Shown here: in pieces, positions 1 through 9,572 of the stretch | Layout of the letters: each line of letters opens with the position of its first letter | Numbering within the stretch: position 1 is the stretch's first letter | From: TPA_inf: Saccharomyces | Lineage: Eukaryota | Direction: 5' to 3' | Assembly (NCBI GenBank): GCA_000146045.2 | Contig: BK006937.2 | Span: 160,001 to 224,000 of the forward strand | Length of the DNA stretch: 64,000 nucleotides | Notes under the pieces: model-generated | What the model saw: only the letters and a program-made list of their open reading frames with translations | What the model was told of the DNA's origin: nothing | Database searches by the model: none | Position numbers and translations under genes: made by a program

Positions 1-373
1 GCAATCCCATTAAACTTCTTGCCACCAAAGCCTGATAGAAATTGCGTGAAAATCCCAGTATTAACAATGATACAGATGTTCCTATAAGCCCGCAAGTCAA
101 TGTTATTTTTCTGCCATGCTTTTCAGAGAATCTACCCCAGTGGTACGCAGATATGACTTGGCATAACGCAAATGATGAAGATAAATAACCTGAATATTTG
201 GACACTTGAGCATCATTGGGAGCAATATTAAAATCTCTAACCATGAAATAAACATAAGGAAATAGTGACGAAAACGCAATTGGTTCGCTGAACCTAACTA
301 AGGACACAACAACAAGTTGGACCCAGGGGAAACCATCCATTTGTTCTTTGAAAGTAAGCTTTTGACGCGCCAT
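1..373 (-). CDS. YCR023C: 5' portion of a major-facilitator-superfamily membrane transporter ORF that runs off the left edge of the window. It starts with ATG at 371-373 and reads MARQKLTFKEQMDGFPWVQLVVVSLVRFSEPIAFSS.
   Basis: Manual reverse-complement translation from 373 downward gives an open frame with a hydrophobic MFS-like N-terminus. Its position immediately left of SLM5 matches the chrIII gene order. Partial, with no stop in the window. Confidence 0.7.
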   Translation of the reverse strand, partial: MARQKLTFKEQMDGFPWVQLVVVSLVRFSEPIAFSSLFPYVYFMVRDFNIAPNDAQVSKYSGYLSSSFALCQVISAYHWGRFSEKHGRKITLTCGLIGTSVSLLILGFSRNFYQALVARSLMGL

Positions 374-743
374 ATCTTTTATATTCGTGTGTTCATATGC
401 TTACCACTTCCTAGTTCCTTTGCTAGCATTCCTTTAGGTGATCTAAATTCAAGCTCTGTGGATAAGGACCATTATAGTATTTTTTACTAATGATAGATAC
501 TTTTTGTTATATTTTGTTTTGGCATTTTCGTATCCGAGATTTCCAATGAGCGGAATGTGTCATTCTTTGTCAATTAACATAGGTCAGGCCGAATGCCAAA
601 TGGAGTTTAGTACCTTCATATTGAAGAAAAATGCTACATTATTATATTTACAAGGATGGTCTTAAATAAAGCTTACTTTTAAGGGGGGAAGAATGGTGAA
701 CAGTGAGTAAATACATAGAAGGAGATAAGAAACAAATGGAATA

Positions 744-2222
744 TCAAAAATCGATGGATTCTGCAGATGTTCTATAAAAGGGTATGGCATCCTTTATATT
801 ATGGTTGCCATATAAGTATGAGATAAATCTCTCAAACCCTAGACCAAAGCCTCCGTGTGGTGCACTTCCTTCTTTTCTCAGAGAAACATACCAGTCCAAT
901 TCTCCAGATCTATTCATCCCGCGTGCTTTCATTTCTCTACATAACTTGTCATAGTCATCTTCCCTTAAACTCCCACCAATTATTTCACCCATTCCAGGAA
1001 CCAGTAGATCAAAGCATCCAACAGTATCGTCAGGAGTGGAATTTTGTTTCATGTAGAATGGTTTACAAAGACGTGGATAGTCGGTAACGAAAACTGGGGA
1101 CTTAAAATACTCTCCGGCTAAAAATTTTTCATGTTCAGTTTGCAAAGGCTGTCCCCATTTAGGTTCATACTTAAAGTGTGAAACTTCATTGTGGCGTTTC
1201 TTGAGAATTTCTATTGCATTGGTATACGTTATATTGTGCCATTTTTCATTTATTAAATCTTCCCATCGTGTTTTAATTTGTTGTGTCTCTTGATTTATTG
1301 ATAGCTCTGACGATGCATTATTTTCTTGTGAAGAGATAAATTGCTTCGGCAAGAGTTCTTGTTGGTTATCTATACAAGCTTTAATTATGTGTTTTATTGT
1401 AGTCTCAACAAACGATGTTAGCTCGTTGACGCTATTAACAAAGCACATTTCCACTTCAAGCATCCAAAACTCCGAAAGGTGTCTTGGAGTATCACTCTTT
1501 TCGGCTCTAAAGCAAGGAGATAACGTCCAACACCTTGACAGTGATAACGCTAAAATTTCCAAGTGCAATTGAGTGGACACAGTCAAATAAGTCGGCTTCC
1601 CAAAGTACGAGGATGCAGTTGGCGACGTATTGGTGGAGACTTGAAACAACTCGCCGGCACCTTCACAATCGTTTGAAGTTAATATTGGTGGTGAAACTTT
1701 GGTGAAGTGGTTTTTCTGGAAATATAGCATGAACTGGAATTCTACAAAGGATCTTAACCGTAAAATTGCACTTAAGTAAGCGGTTCTGTATTTTAGTGTA
1801 GGTAAGGACCTTAAATAACGTAAGGTTTGATATTTCTTTTGTAATGGATAGTTTTCTGAAACGGGACCCACAAGTTTAATTGACTTGACAGGATTTTTGA
1901 TTTGCAATTCAAAAGGTTGTTTTCTATTAGGGGTGCTTTGCCAGGTAGCATTAGATATAGATAAAGTTTGACCAGTTTTCAGAATTTTTAGGAACTGTAC
2001 TTCATCAGTATTTGTGAGTGGAATAACTATTCTTAATGGGTTCACAGAAGTCCCATCTTGTAAATCCAAAAACGCTATACGTTTTAATAGTCTTATGGAT
2101 TTGATCCATCCATTAATTGAAATGGGATCATGGCTAGTATGGTGTACCTGCTCGTACAATGATTTAACTGTTAGTGAAGAGTAAAATCTACCACCTTTAA
2201 GGAAGGTGAAAGCATGAAACAT
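744..2222 (-). CDS. SLM5: Mitochondrial asparaginyl-tRNA synthetase (class II aaRS), 492 aa
   Basis: 492-aa ORF with class II aaRS motif 2 (FRAEKSDTPRHLSEFWMLEVEM) and motif 3 (GGSLREDDYD, GFGLGFERF). The length and sequence match my memory of YCR024C. Confidence 0.92.
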   Translation of the reverse strand: MFHAFTFLKGGRFYSSLTVKSLYEQVHHTSHDPISINGWIKSIRLLKRIAFLDLQDGTSVNPLRIVIPLTNTDEVQFLKILKTGQTLSISNATWQSTPNRKQPFELQIKNPVKSIKLVGPVSENYPLQKKYQTLRYLRSLPTLKYRTAYLSAILRLRSFVEFQFMLYFQKNHFTKVSPPILTSNDCEGAGELFQVSTNTSPTASSYFGKPTYLTVSTQLHLEILALSLSRCWTLSPCFRAEKSDTPRHLSEFWMLEVEMCFVNSVNELTSFVETTIKHIIKACIDNQQELLPKQFISSQENNASSELSINQETQQIKTRWEDLINEKWHNITYTNAIEILKKRHNEVSHFKYEPKWGQPLQTEHEKFLAGEYFKSPVFVTDYPRLCKPFYMKQNSTPDDTVGCFDLLVPGMGEIIGGSLREDDYDKLCREMKARGMNRSGELDWYVSLRKEGSAPHGGFGLGFERFISYLYGNHNIKDAIPFYRTSAESIDF

Positions 2223-2598
2223 TAGCTGTTTGTATTCGCTTGTTCTCTTTCTTTCTCTCTTAGTAAGCGATAAGTCGAGCTCTACTTAAATTGTGGTACG
2301 TTTTCTTTTTTTCCTATAATATAAAAAAGATAAAAAATCAGGACGAGAAAAAGTAGATCATAACTATAAGTTGTGCATACTCATACTCCACACTCGACGG
2401 CCTAATCTCTGTAAGGATTGTATTTTATTTTTTATTTATTTATTATTTAGATTTTCTAAAAATAAAAAAAAATCATACACTATTTTGATTACACTACTAT
2501 GTAATTTATCTTTGAAAACAACCATGAAAAACTCAATTTTACACACACATGAGTTATCATGAGGAGTCATCAGCCAGACTTAACAATCACACACATTG

Positions 2599-2865
2599 TT
2601 AAGAGTGGAAAAAAATAATAGTGATAAAAGGAAAAAAGCTAACAATTTGGATTTTACGGGATCTGTCTAAATACGAAACACACACTCGTTTTAGTTCAAA
2701 TATCATAACCATAAAAAAAAAAGCACAATTCAACTTGAGCACGCACACTAAGTAGTAACAACGTTCATTTACAGTAAAGCGAACGGACGAAACAAATAAA
2801 AGAAAGGCATAGTGAGGGATAAAAGGTAGAAAGAATTCAAAAAAGGGTATCGCACACACACACAT
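2599..2865 (-). CDS. YCR024C-B: Small 88-aa ORF lying inside the PMP1 3' UTR (annotated in yeast as a protein of unknown function)
   Basis: 88-aa ORF in the track. It is hydrophobic and Phe-rich with no recognisable domain. It sits between the SLM5 start and the PMP1 stop, in what is probably PMP1 3' UTR. Confidence 0.25.
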   Translation of the reverse strand: MCVCAIPFFEFFLPFIPHYAFLLFVSSVRFTVNERCYYLVCVLKLNCAFFFMVMIFELKRVCVSYLDRSRKIQIVSFFPFITIIFFHS

Positions 2866-2944
2866 AGTAGTCTAATTCATGTTCTAGAATGGATATAAAC
2901 AAAGATGAAGGGGACAGGAAATAAAATGGCTCGCTCCGCCCTTT

Positions 2945-3067
2945 TTAGAATCTTTGCAATCCTCTTTGTCTAGCTTGCCATTTTCTGTAGATAATGGTAG
3001 CAATAATGGCAATACAAGCCAAACCGACCAAAATGAAAACTAAAATAACACCACCTGGTAAAGTCAT
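2945..3067 (-). CDS. PMP1: Plasma membrane proteolipid, 40 aa, a regulatory subunit of the Pma1 H+-ATPase
   Basis: Reverse complement of 2945-3067 translates to MTLPGGVILVFILVGLACIAIIATIIYRKWQARQRGLQRF followed by a stop. That matches PMP1 from memory. It falls below the 60-aa cutoff of the ORF track. Confidence 0.9.
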   Translation of the reverse strand: MTLPGGVILVFILVGLACIAIIATIIYRKWQARQRGLQRF

Positions 3068-3445
3068 TTATGATAGATTAAAAGTGCTGAAATGGGAAGA
3101 GGAGAAACAAACAAAGGATATGTAGGAACAAAAGTTTGCTTGAGTGACTAGTTTGAAGTTGAGAAAAAAAAAGAGATGAAAAAGTTAACTTATTTGCTCT
3201 TCCTTCAAAGTGTGTAGCGTCTTCCTTTAAATACTATTGAAAGGGAAAAAGAATAAATGGAAAAAGGGTAGTAATGAAAAACTCTAAAGGAAGATAAGAC
3301 GCAATAAGAGAAAAAAAGGGAAGTTAAGATTACAAGAGAAACAATAAATTGCTTTCAAAGCTTTATATACTGGCAAGCACGGAAGGCTAAATTTGAAAAA
3401 AAAAAATGGGAAATTATTATCGGAAAAAATTGAAGCTATCTTCTA

Positions 3446-3856
3446 TTACGCAGTGACAAGTCTATATTGACATCTTTCTGCTTTCTGCTTTCTGTTTGTT
3501 GTTTTTTTTCTCATAGTTGTTTTGATTTTACTCTGTTGGAAATGCGAAAATTGTTTTGATTTTACCCGATTGCGACCTATTCCCGGCTTTCCCAAAAAAG
3601 GAATTCCTGTCCAATGCAACGACAGCCATAGAAACAGCCGCGGTTGGGTGCGTGGGTGCGGTAATTTAACGATCATATGGTATGGGTGCACGTGGGATTC
3701 TAGGGGAAGTGCGCGCGGATACCGAATCGGCCATCGAACCGGCCACCCGGATTGAGTTTGGTATGTTGCCTCTTTGCGCAATTTTATTGAATGCAAAGTT
3801 TCTCCTTCTAGTAAAGGACAACAGCTGAAAAATGCTCGATGTCCAAATGACGACAT
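3446..3856 (-). CDS. YCR025C: Dubious 136-aa ORF in the PMP1 upstream region
   Basis: ORF in the track with no domain. It overlaps a GC-rich promoter-like patch containing a CACGTG E-box. It is annotated as dubious in yeast and is probably not a real gene. Confidence 0.12.
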   Translation of the reverse strand: MSSFGHRAFFSCCPLLEGETLHSIKLRKEATYQTQSGWPVRWPIRYPRALPLESHVHPYHMIVKLPHPRTQPRLFLWLSLHWTGIPFLGKPGIGRNRVKSKQFSHFQQSKIKTTMRKKTTNRKQKAERCQYRLVTA

Positions 3857-4110
3857 AAACCTCCTCGTTTAGGAAAGAGTTAACACGCCTAGTTTCAGCT
3901 TGTTTCTTTTTATTGTGTAATTAGTTTTCTTACTTAGTACATCTTATTGACCCCACTGTCATCGGATGTGAGAGAGTGGTTCACTTCTGAATTAAGTTTA
4001 GAGATATACTAAATCTAAATAAAAGTCTCTTTCTGCGTGCATATGTTTTCTTGCGCGGGACTCACAAGGATGCGTCTTTTATTTCATAACGCGGTTGTCC
4101 CACCTTAAGC

Positions 4111-6339
4111 TTAGGTATCAGAATCGACTAAATCGTCGATGCTGTCAATTATGTCGTCAATGAGATCTTTTGCGTCGTTGATTATGTCTTGAAGCCAATC
4201 CCCCACTGTGCTAGCAGTAGCGCTAGCTTGTATGCTGCTGCTGCTGCTGCTTCTTGATGATGGTGATGTTTCGCCCAGTAGAGTCTCAGTTGCTGATGGT
4301 ATTGAAGTTGTCATTTCTAGTTTTATCGTTAATGACGAAGATGGCATAGCGGCTATTTCATCAGTGTTTCCATCGTCGTTGTCATCATTATCATTGTCAA
4401 CATTGTCTTGTTCTGTCTCTTCGGGGTACCCGCCCCAAATTATATTATAAGTGCTGAATTCACCAAACTTACTGACCAAATAATCAAAGTCATCTTCAAT
4501 CTCTACTTCTTCGCTGCTCTGGGGTTCGCGGAGTTGGTTCATAAGCATCCCAGTCCCATCATTGGAATTTCTGTCCTTTTCTGCCACACCGCAAATATCA
4601 CACAAAAGGTTGTAAATTTCGGTATTTTGGAACGGCTCAATGTATCCCTGTGGAAAATATGGCCCCATACCAATAAATACAGATCTCATATCGATCGCGT
4701 TATTGTCGTATCCATGTGATCCAATCGTGAACACATTGTCTTCGTTTTTGTCCTTATGATCACCTTTTGCCACCTTCTTCAATTGTTCTTTCTTCATCAC
4801 TGCATACCCAGGCTCGGGCACAATCCAGATTGACGCCATGTGATGATTTTTTCCATCATTAAAGTTCCATTCTTTGGGGAAATTTCCATTAACGTAAACC
4901 GTATACTTGTCTTCATCTATAGAAGTCTTTAAATTGTGGTAAACCTCATTGATGTTTCCGGAATCTTTCAACGATATAGCCATCATCGGACCCTCTAGAT
5001 ATGCGTGCGATACATAATCCTTCCTCAATTTTTCGTCCAGTAAGTCTTCCCATATAATAACATTTGAGGGAACTACGATATCGCTCATACCATGATCGCT
5101 AACAATGACCAAATTAGTAAAGCTGGTTAAATTTCTTTCTTGCAGCGATTCCACTAGTTGCTTCAGAAATGTATCTACTTCCCCCAGTGTTTCAGTGAAG
5201 TCTTCATAATAGTATTCCGACTCTGACGGATATCCATGCTTATGTCCAAAGGCATCTACGTTCGGTACATAACCGAGAATTAGCTGTGGTCTTTCGTTCA
5301 GTGTACTCATATCCACATATTCAATAATCTTGGATAATTTTTGCGAAAGTGGTTCTTTAGCATTGAATTCGTCGAAGTAAAATGGAGTTCTCTCTCTAGC
5401 AATAGGATTTTTATGTTCAGGTTGTAGTTTCTCTTCATTATACTTGGTATAATTCACATCGCTACCTGGCCACATATGGGTAGCAGCTTTGAATGGTATA
5501 TCACCGTCAAATGCAGACTGAACAGTTTGCCATATTGGTTCTGTATCATTATTGTTCCATATTCGAGGGTCCAATACACCTGGATGGAATTCCTCATTAA
5601 GATCAGGATCCCAAAATACGTTAGAGACTATACCGTGGTGTATTGGGTATTGTCCAGTAACCAACGTCCAATGGTTGGGAAAGGTCTCCGTAGGGAAGCT
5701 GGGTACCATAAAAGGTGTGGACGTGATATTCATACCTCCATCATATTTCAATTCATATAAGTCATGTAAAAACGGTGTGTTCCTCTTAGATATGAGTGAA
5801 GGATGGAAACCGTCTAGTGAAATTACTATCGTTAAGGGGAAAAATTCATGCGTACCGTTAAAATACTTCACGTAAGGGTCAAATTCAGGACTGCCAAAGT
5901 GCGATAGCACTCTCGTGGAGTGATGGGGTTTTGCTATGTTAATCATCAGAATTAAAAAAATGGCAAACACCAGCGAGCCAAACAATGTGCGAAATATTAT
6001 TTTAAAAGGCACTTTGGAATGAAATCCCGTTCCAAAAGAAAGTTCATTCTCATCAACAAGTTCAGTATCAATGGGTTGACCATTCGCGTCTAATTCATAT
6101 AGCGGTATACCCCTTCTAAAGTTAGAACCATCCCTACTATCTTTCGCGTCGCCAATCACTATGGGATTGTTTGTCCACTTCAGTCTATTCTTATAAAACC
6201 AATATTTCATCCTGGTCCACGCAGATCGCCACCCCGATCTTACAGCATCTTCATCCGTTATGAAATCATCACGAAATGGATCTTCACTAAAATCATTCAG
6301 CTCGTTATCGAGCGACTCTAAATCATTCTGAAGTTCCAT
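4111..6339 (-). CDS. NPP1: Nucleotide pyrophosphatase/phosphodiesterase (ENPP family), 742 aa
   Basis: 742-aa ORF with an ENPP alkaline-phosphatase-like core (ISLDGFHPS, and the catalytic Thr context TFPNHWTLVTGQYP). It has an N-terminal TM segment and a C-terminal Ser/Asp-rich tail. It matches YCR026C in length and position. Confidence 0.92.
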   Translation of the reverse strand: MELQNDLESLDNELNDFSEDPFRDDFITDEDAVRSGWRSAWTRMKYWFYKNRLKWTNNPIVIGDAKDSRDGSNFRRGIPLYELDANGQPIDTELVDENELSFGTGFHSKVPFKIIFRTLFGSLVFAIFLILMINIAKPHHSTRVLSHFGSPEFDPYVKYFNGTHEFFPLTIVISLDGFHPSLISKRNTPFLHDLYELKYDGGMNITSTPFMVPSFPTETFPNHWTLVTGQYPIHHGIVSNVFWDPDLNEEFHPGVLDPRIWNNNDTEPIWQTVQSAFDGDIPFKAATHMWPGSDVNYTKYNEEKLQPEHKNPIARERTPFYFDEFNAKEPLSQKLSKIIEYVDMSTLNERPQLILGYVPNVDAFGHKHGYPSESEYYYEDFTETLGEVDTFLKQLVESLQERNLTSFTNLVIVSDHGMSDIVVPSNVIIWEDLLDEKLRKDYVSHAYLEGPMMAISLKDSGNINEVYHNLKTSIDEDKYTVYVNGNFPKEWNFNDGKNHHMASIWIVPEPGYAVMKKEQLKKVAKGDHKDKNEDNVFTIGSHGYDNNAIDMRSVFIGMGPYFPQGYIEPFQNTEIYNLLCDICGVAEKDRNSNDGTGMLMNQLREPQSSEEVEIEDDFDYLVSKFGEFSTYNIIWGGYPEETEQDNVDNDNDDNDDGNTDEIAAMPSSSLTIKLEMTTSIPSATETLLGETSPSSRSSSSSSIQASATASTVGDWLQDIINDAKDLIDDIIDSIDDLVDSDT
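4234..4251. repeat. (GCT)6 trinucleotide repeat, read as AGC codons on the coding strand. It encodes a poly-Ser run near the NPP1 C-terminus.
   Basis: gctgctgctgctgctgct is visible directly and corresponds to SSSSSS in the NPP1 translation. Confidence 0.9.
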
Positions 6340-6755
6340 CTATAGAGAGTGTTATACTGTACCTCTTTTCAGATATATGTAATTACCTCGCCTCACTTAT
6401 TTTGCTTATTTGTGGTTTGTTAGGCAGTTTGCATATCGTACCAATGTTTTTTTATAACTTCATGTCTTTTCTTTTTTTTCATTTTTAGCATCGTACGCAG
6501 ATATCTTGTCTCGTTATGATATTTTGTGAGATAGGTATCCAAAATTAATAAGAGAAAATGTCGTATTGTGTTCACAATTCACCTGATTGTTTGACTAGTC
6601 CAACCCCTGGTATAATTGTCACTTAATATATTCTTAGCTTCCAGGTGATGTTTTATTCCATTATTTATGTTATGTATATATAATCGTAACTCTTAGAGCA
6701 AAAAGTAAAAAAAAAGGTGGTACTTACCGAGGGAGAATATATACAAATTTATTCG

Positions 6756-6766
6756 TAAATGTAAAT
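6756..6766 (-). other. ARS310: Perfect 11/11 match to the ARS consensus sequence (WTTTAYRTTTW) in the AT-rich NPP1-RHB1 intergenic region. Candidate replication origin.
   Basis: Reverse complement of taaatgtaaat is ATTTACATTTA, which fits WTTTAYRTTTW at every position. The surrounding 1 kb (6340-7369) is very AT-rich. The ARS310 name comes from my memory of chrIII origin positions and is not verified. Confidence 0.3.
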
Positions 6767-7369
6767 AATTAATTGAAGCAGAGCTAAAAGAAAAATACAA
6801 GAAAATTTATTTACACTCGCTGTTTGGTTCTGATCTTTTGGTATTCACAATTTTAGTGCTGTCCAAAAATATTGCGATGTGCTGATAAAGTACATAGTGT
6901 GATCCGACTTCGTCCCAGTCAAAGAAAGGATGAAATATTAGTTAGTACATTTACTGGTTGCTACTGGATGTCCTATCTGAATCTTCCATCTTAGGTACAA
7001 AAAGATTAAGAAAGTCAATTGTCCTTAGTTTTAAAAGACAGTTACTTCATGTCTTTAACATCAACGGCAAATTACTTTGAAAAAATGCACTAAAAGTTAA
7101 CACATGTAGGAGCATTCTAAACATGAAATTTTTAATGGTACTTAGGTTTGCTAACGCATCTTGAAAACTAGCAAAAACCCCATAATTAAAATATTCTTGC
7201 TTGTTAAACGAGGCGTCCAAGCCATTGAAAGGTTTTATCAATATTCAACCTCTTACTATAAATGCAGCACACCGTAACAGGTATGAGAAAGATGTGGTAT
7301 TATTATACAAATTGTACTGACCGCTTTCCTACTAATAAAACCAATGATATCCTAGGGACGCTCGAGTTT

Positions 7370-7999
7370 TCACATTATAGAACATTTATTATTATTTTCG
7401 GCATCAAGCCCCAGAGTTCCTTCGACACGTTCCATTTGTTTCAAAAGGAGCATAAAAGTTTCTTCAACATTATAATCTAACTCGGCACTGCATTCTATAA
7501 ATGCTGCCTGGTTCCTCTTATCTTGACTGCCAATTGTCGAAGCTAGTTTCTCTCCTTCAGCTTTCGTGACACACCTTTTTACACCTTTTGTACTCCTTCC
7601 CAAATCAGCTTTGGTACCCACAAGTATTACCGGGAGGTTATCCTTACCCAGCTGATCTACCAGCTTGTCCCAGAGAATGGGAATAAGATCAAAGCTAGCA
7701 CGATTTATTATACTATAGCACAGTATTATGCCTCGTACGCCCGTCAACGATTTAATGTTTAATAGAGAAACTTCATCTTGGCCTGCAGTATCTAGAATTT
7801 CCAGAGTACAGTCATGACTTTTATAAGGAATTATCCTGGTAAATTCATTTTCAATAGTGGGATAATAGGATTCAACGAACCGCGATTCTACGAAGCGAAC
7901 CGTTAATGTGGTTTTGCCGACATTTCTAGCTCCTATAAGAGCAATCTTTCTCTGAAAGTTATGTGTGGAGTTCGAAGAAGACATAGTGGCGTATTCCAT
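7370..7999 (-). CDS. RHB1: Rheb-family small GTPase, 209 aa, with a C-terminal CAAX box (CSIM)
   Basis: G1 motif GARNVGKTT, DTAGQ, and NKAD/GTKAD, ending in CSIM. Matches YCR027C. Confidence 0.92.
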   Translation of the reverse strand: MEYATMSSSNSTHNFQRKIALIGARNVGKTTLTVRFVESRFVESYYPTIENEFTRIIPYKSHDCTLEILDTAGQDEVSLLNIKSLTGVRGIILCYSIINRASFDLIPILWDKLVDQLGKDNLPVILVGTKADLGRSTKGVKRCVTKAEGEKLASTIGSQDKRNQAAFIECSAELDYNVEETFMLLLKQMERVEGTLGLDAENNNKCSIM

Positions 8000-8300
8000 T
8001 ATGTCACAGGTTATATCTTTTCTCGCCGTGCCCCAATAAAACTGTTTCGGTAAAGAGACAATTCGAACCAGCCCAAAAGAATGAATATGAAAATATCAAT
8101 ATGCGTCAATGAAAATGGAGGCAAGTTCAATAATTTCACTGGAAATATAACTAGTAATAATTCGTGTAACTGCTGTAGAAATTGTTAGATATTAAACCTG
8201 GCAGAAGCGTCTTGTTAATACTTATAGAGAAACCACCAGTAGCGTTCTTCTGTATCTGAAGATAGTGAAAAATCAAAAAAATAAATCTGTATTCAAAAAA

Positions 8301-8372
8301 AGGTCCTACCCGGATTCGAACCGGGGTTGTCCGGATCAAAACCGAAAGTGATAACCACTACACTATAGGACC
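8301..8372 (-). tRNA. tQ(UUG)C: tRNA-Gln with anticodon UUG, 72 nt, no intron
   Basis: Reverse complement is GGTCCTATAGTGTAGTGGTTATCACTTTCGGTTTTGATCCGGACAACCCCGGTTCGAATCCGGGTAGGACC(T). It has a 7-bp acceptor stem, an A-box (TAGTGTAGTGG), a B-box (GGTTCGAATCC) and an anticodon loop TTTTGAT giving UUG. Confidence 0.93.
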
Positions 8373-8388
8373 AGGACTTCTTGTAATA

Positions 8389-9068
8389 TTTTGTATCTCA
8401 AAATGAGGTATGTCAGTATGACAATACGTCATCCTAAACGTTCATAAAACACATATGAAACAACCTTATAACAAAACGAACAACATGAGATAAAACCCGG
8501 CCTTCCCTAGCTGAACTACCCAAAAGTATAAATGCCTGAACAATTAGTTTAGATCCGAGATTCCGCGCTTCCACCACTTAGTATGATTCATATTTTATAT
8601 GAGAAATGGGTGAATGTTGAGATAATTGTTGGGATTCCATTGTTGATAAAGGCTATAATATTAGGTATACAGAATATACTAGAAGTTCTCCTCGAGGATT
8701 TAGGAATCCATAAAAGGGAATCTGCAATTCTACACAATTCTATAAATATTATTATCATCGTTTTATATGTTAATATTCATTGATCCTATTACATTATCAA
8801 TCCTTGCGTTTCAGCTTCCACTAATTTAGATGACTATTTCTCATCATTTGCGTCATCTTCTAACACCGTATATGATAATATACTAGTAACGTAAATACTA
8901 GTTAGTAGATGATAGTTGATTTTTATTCCAACATTATATAATATATAAGATAAGTAACATTCCGTGAATTAATCTGATAAACTGTTTTGACAACTGGTTA
9001 CTTCCCTAAGACTGTTTATATTAGGATTGTCAAGACACTCCGGTATTACTCGAGCCCGTAATACAACA
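8389..9068 (+). mobile_element. Solo Ty3 LTR (sigma element) of about 340 bp. It is interrupted at 8600-8933 by a Ty1/Ty2 delta insertion, leaving sigma parts at 8389-8599 and 8934-9068.
   Basis: It starts T(G/t)TTGTATCTCAAAATGAG...GTATGACAATACGTCA and ends ...CTCGAGCCCGTAATACAACA, which is the sigma sequence from memory. The sigma edge lies 17 bp from the mature 5' end of tRNA-Gln, the expected Ty3 Pol III-targeting distance. Confidence 0.85.
8600..8933 (-). mobile_element. Solo Ty1/Ty2 LTR (delta), 334 bp, inserted inside the sigma element
   Basis: Reverse complement begins TGTTGGAATAAAAATCAACTATCATCTACTAACTAGTATTTACG and ends GGAATCCCAACAATTATCTCAACATTCACCCATTTCTCA. It is flanked by a 5-bp target-site duplication, TTATA at 8595-8599 and again at 8934-8938. 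The intact sigma sequence is restored when the delta plus one TSD copy are removed. Confidence 0.88.
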
Positions 9069-9206
9069 TAATATCTACATTCTAGATACCGACATATCAA
9101 TATAAAAATACTGAATATTGAGACATCTTTTAGATTACGTTTTGGTTGCCGCAAACCAAAAATGCAATTTAAATGGGTGAATAATTTGAATGGTTAGAAA
9201 TCTATT
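9069..9206. mobile_element. LTR debris. There is a probable truncated delta end fragment (AAATGGGTGAAT core) between the sigma and the next delta.
   Basis: The 12-mer AAATGGGTGAAT and flanking similarity to the delta terminus (TGAGAAATGGGTGAATGTTGAG) occur in reverse orientation around 9170-9200. The remainder is unassigned. Confidence 0.3.
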
Positions 9207-9544
9207 TGTTGGAATAAAAATCCACTATCGTCTATCAACTAATAGTTATATTATCAATATATTATCATATACGGTGTTAAGATGATGACATAAGTTATGA
9301 GAAGCTGTCATCGATGTTAGAGGAAGCTGAAACGCAAGGATTGATAATGTAATAGGATCAATGAATATAAACATATAAAACGGAATGAGGAATAATCGTA
9401 ATATTAGTATGTAGAAATATAGATTCCATTTTGAGGATTCCTATATCCTCGAGGAGAACTTCTAGTATATTCTGTATACCTAATATTATAGCCTTTATCA
9501 ACAATGGAATCCCAACAATTATCTAATTACCCACACATTTCTCA
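9207..9544 (+). mobile_element. Solo delta LTR (Ty1/Ty2 type), 338 bp
   Basis: Starts TGTTGGAATAAAAATCCACTATCGTCTATCAACTAATAG. It contains GAAGCTGAAACGCAAGGATTGATAATGTAATAGGATCAATGAATAT and CCTCGAGGAGAACTTCTAGTATATTCTGTATACCTAATATTATAGCC. It ends CACATTTCTCA. Confidence 0.82.
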
Positions 9545-9572
9545 CTATTCTCGGTAAAGGTTATAATATTAG

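Noticed and set aside
5476-5875. 94-aa and 107-aa plus-strand ORFs inside NPP1
   Set aside because: They overlap the conserved ENPP catalytic core encoded on the minus strand and have no support.
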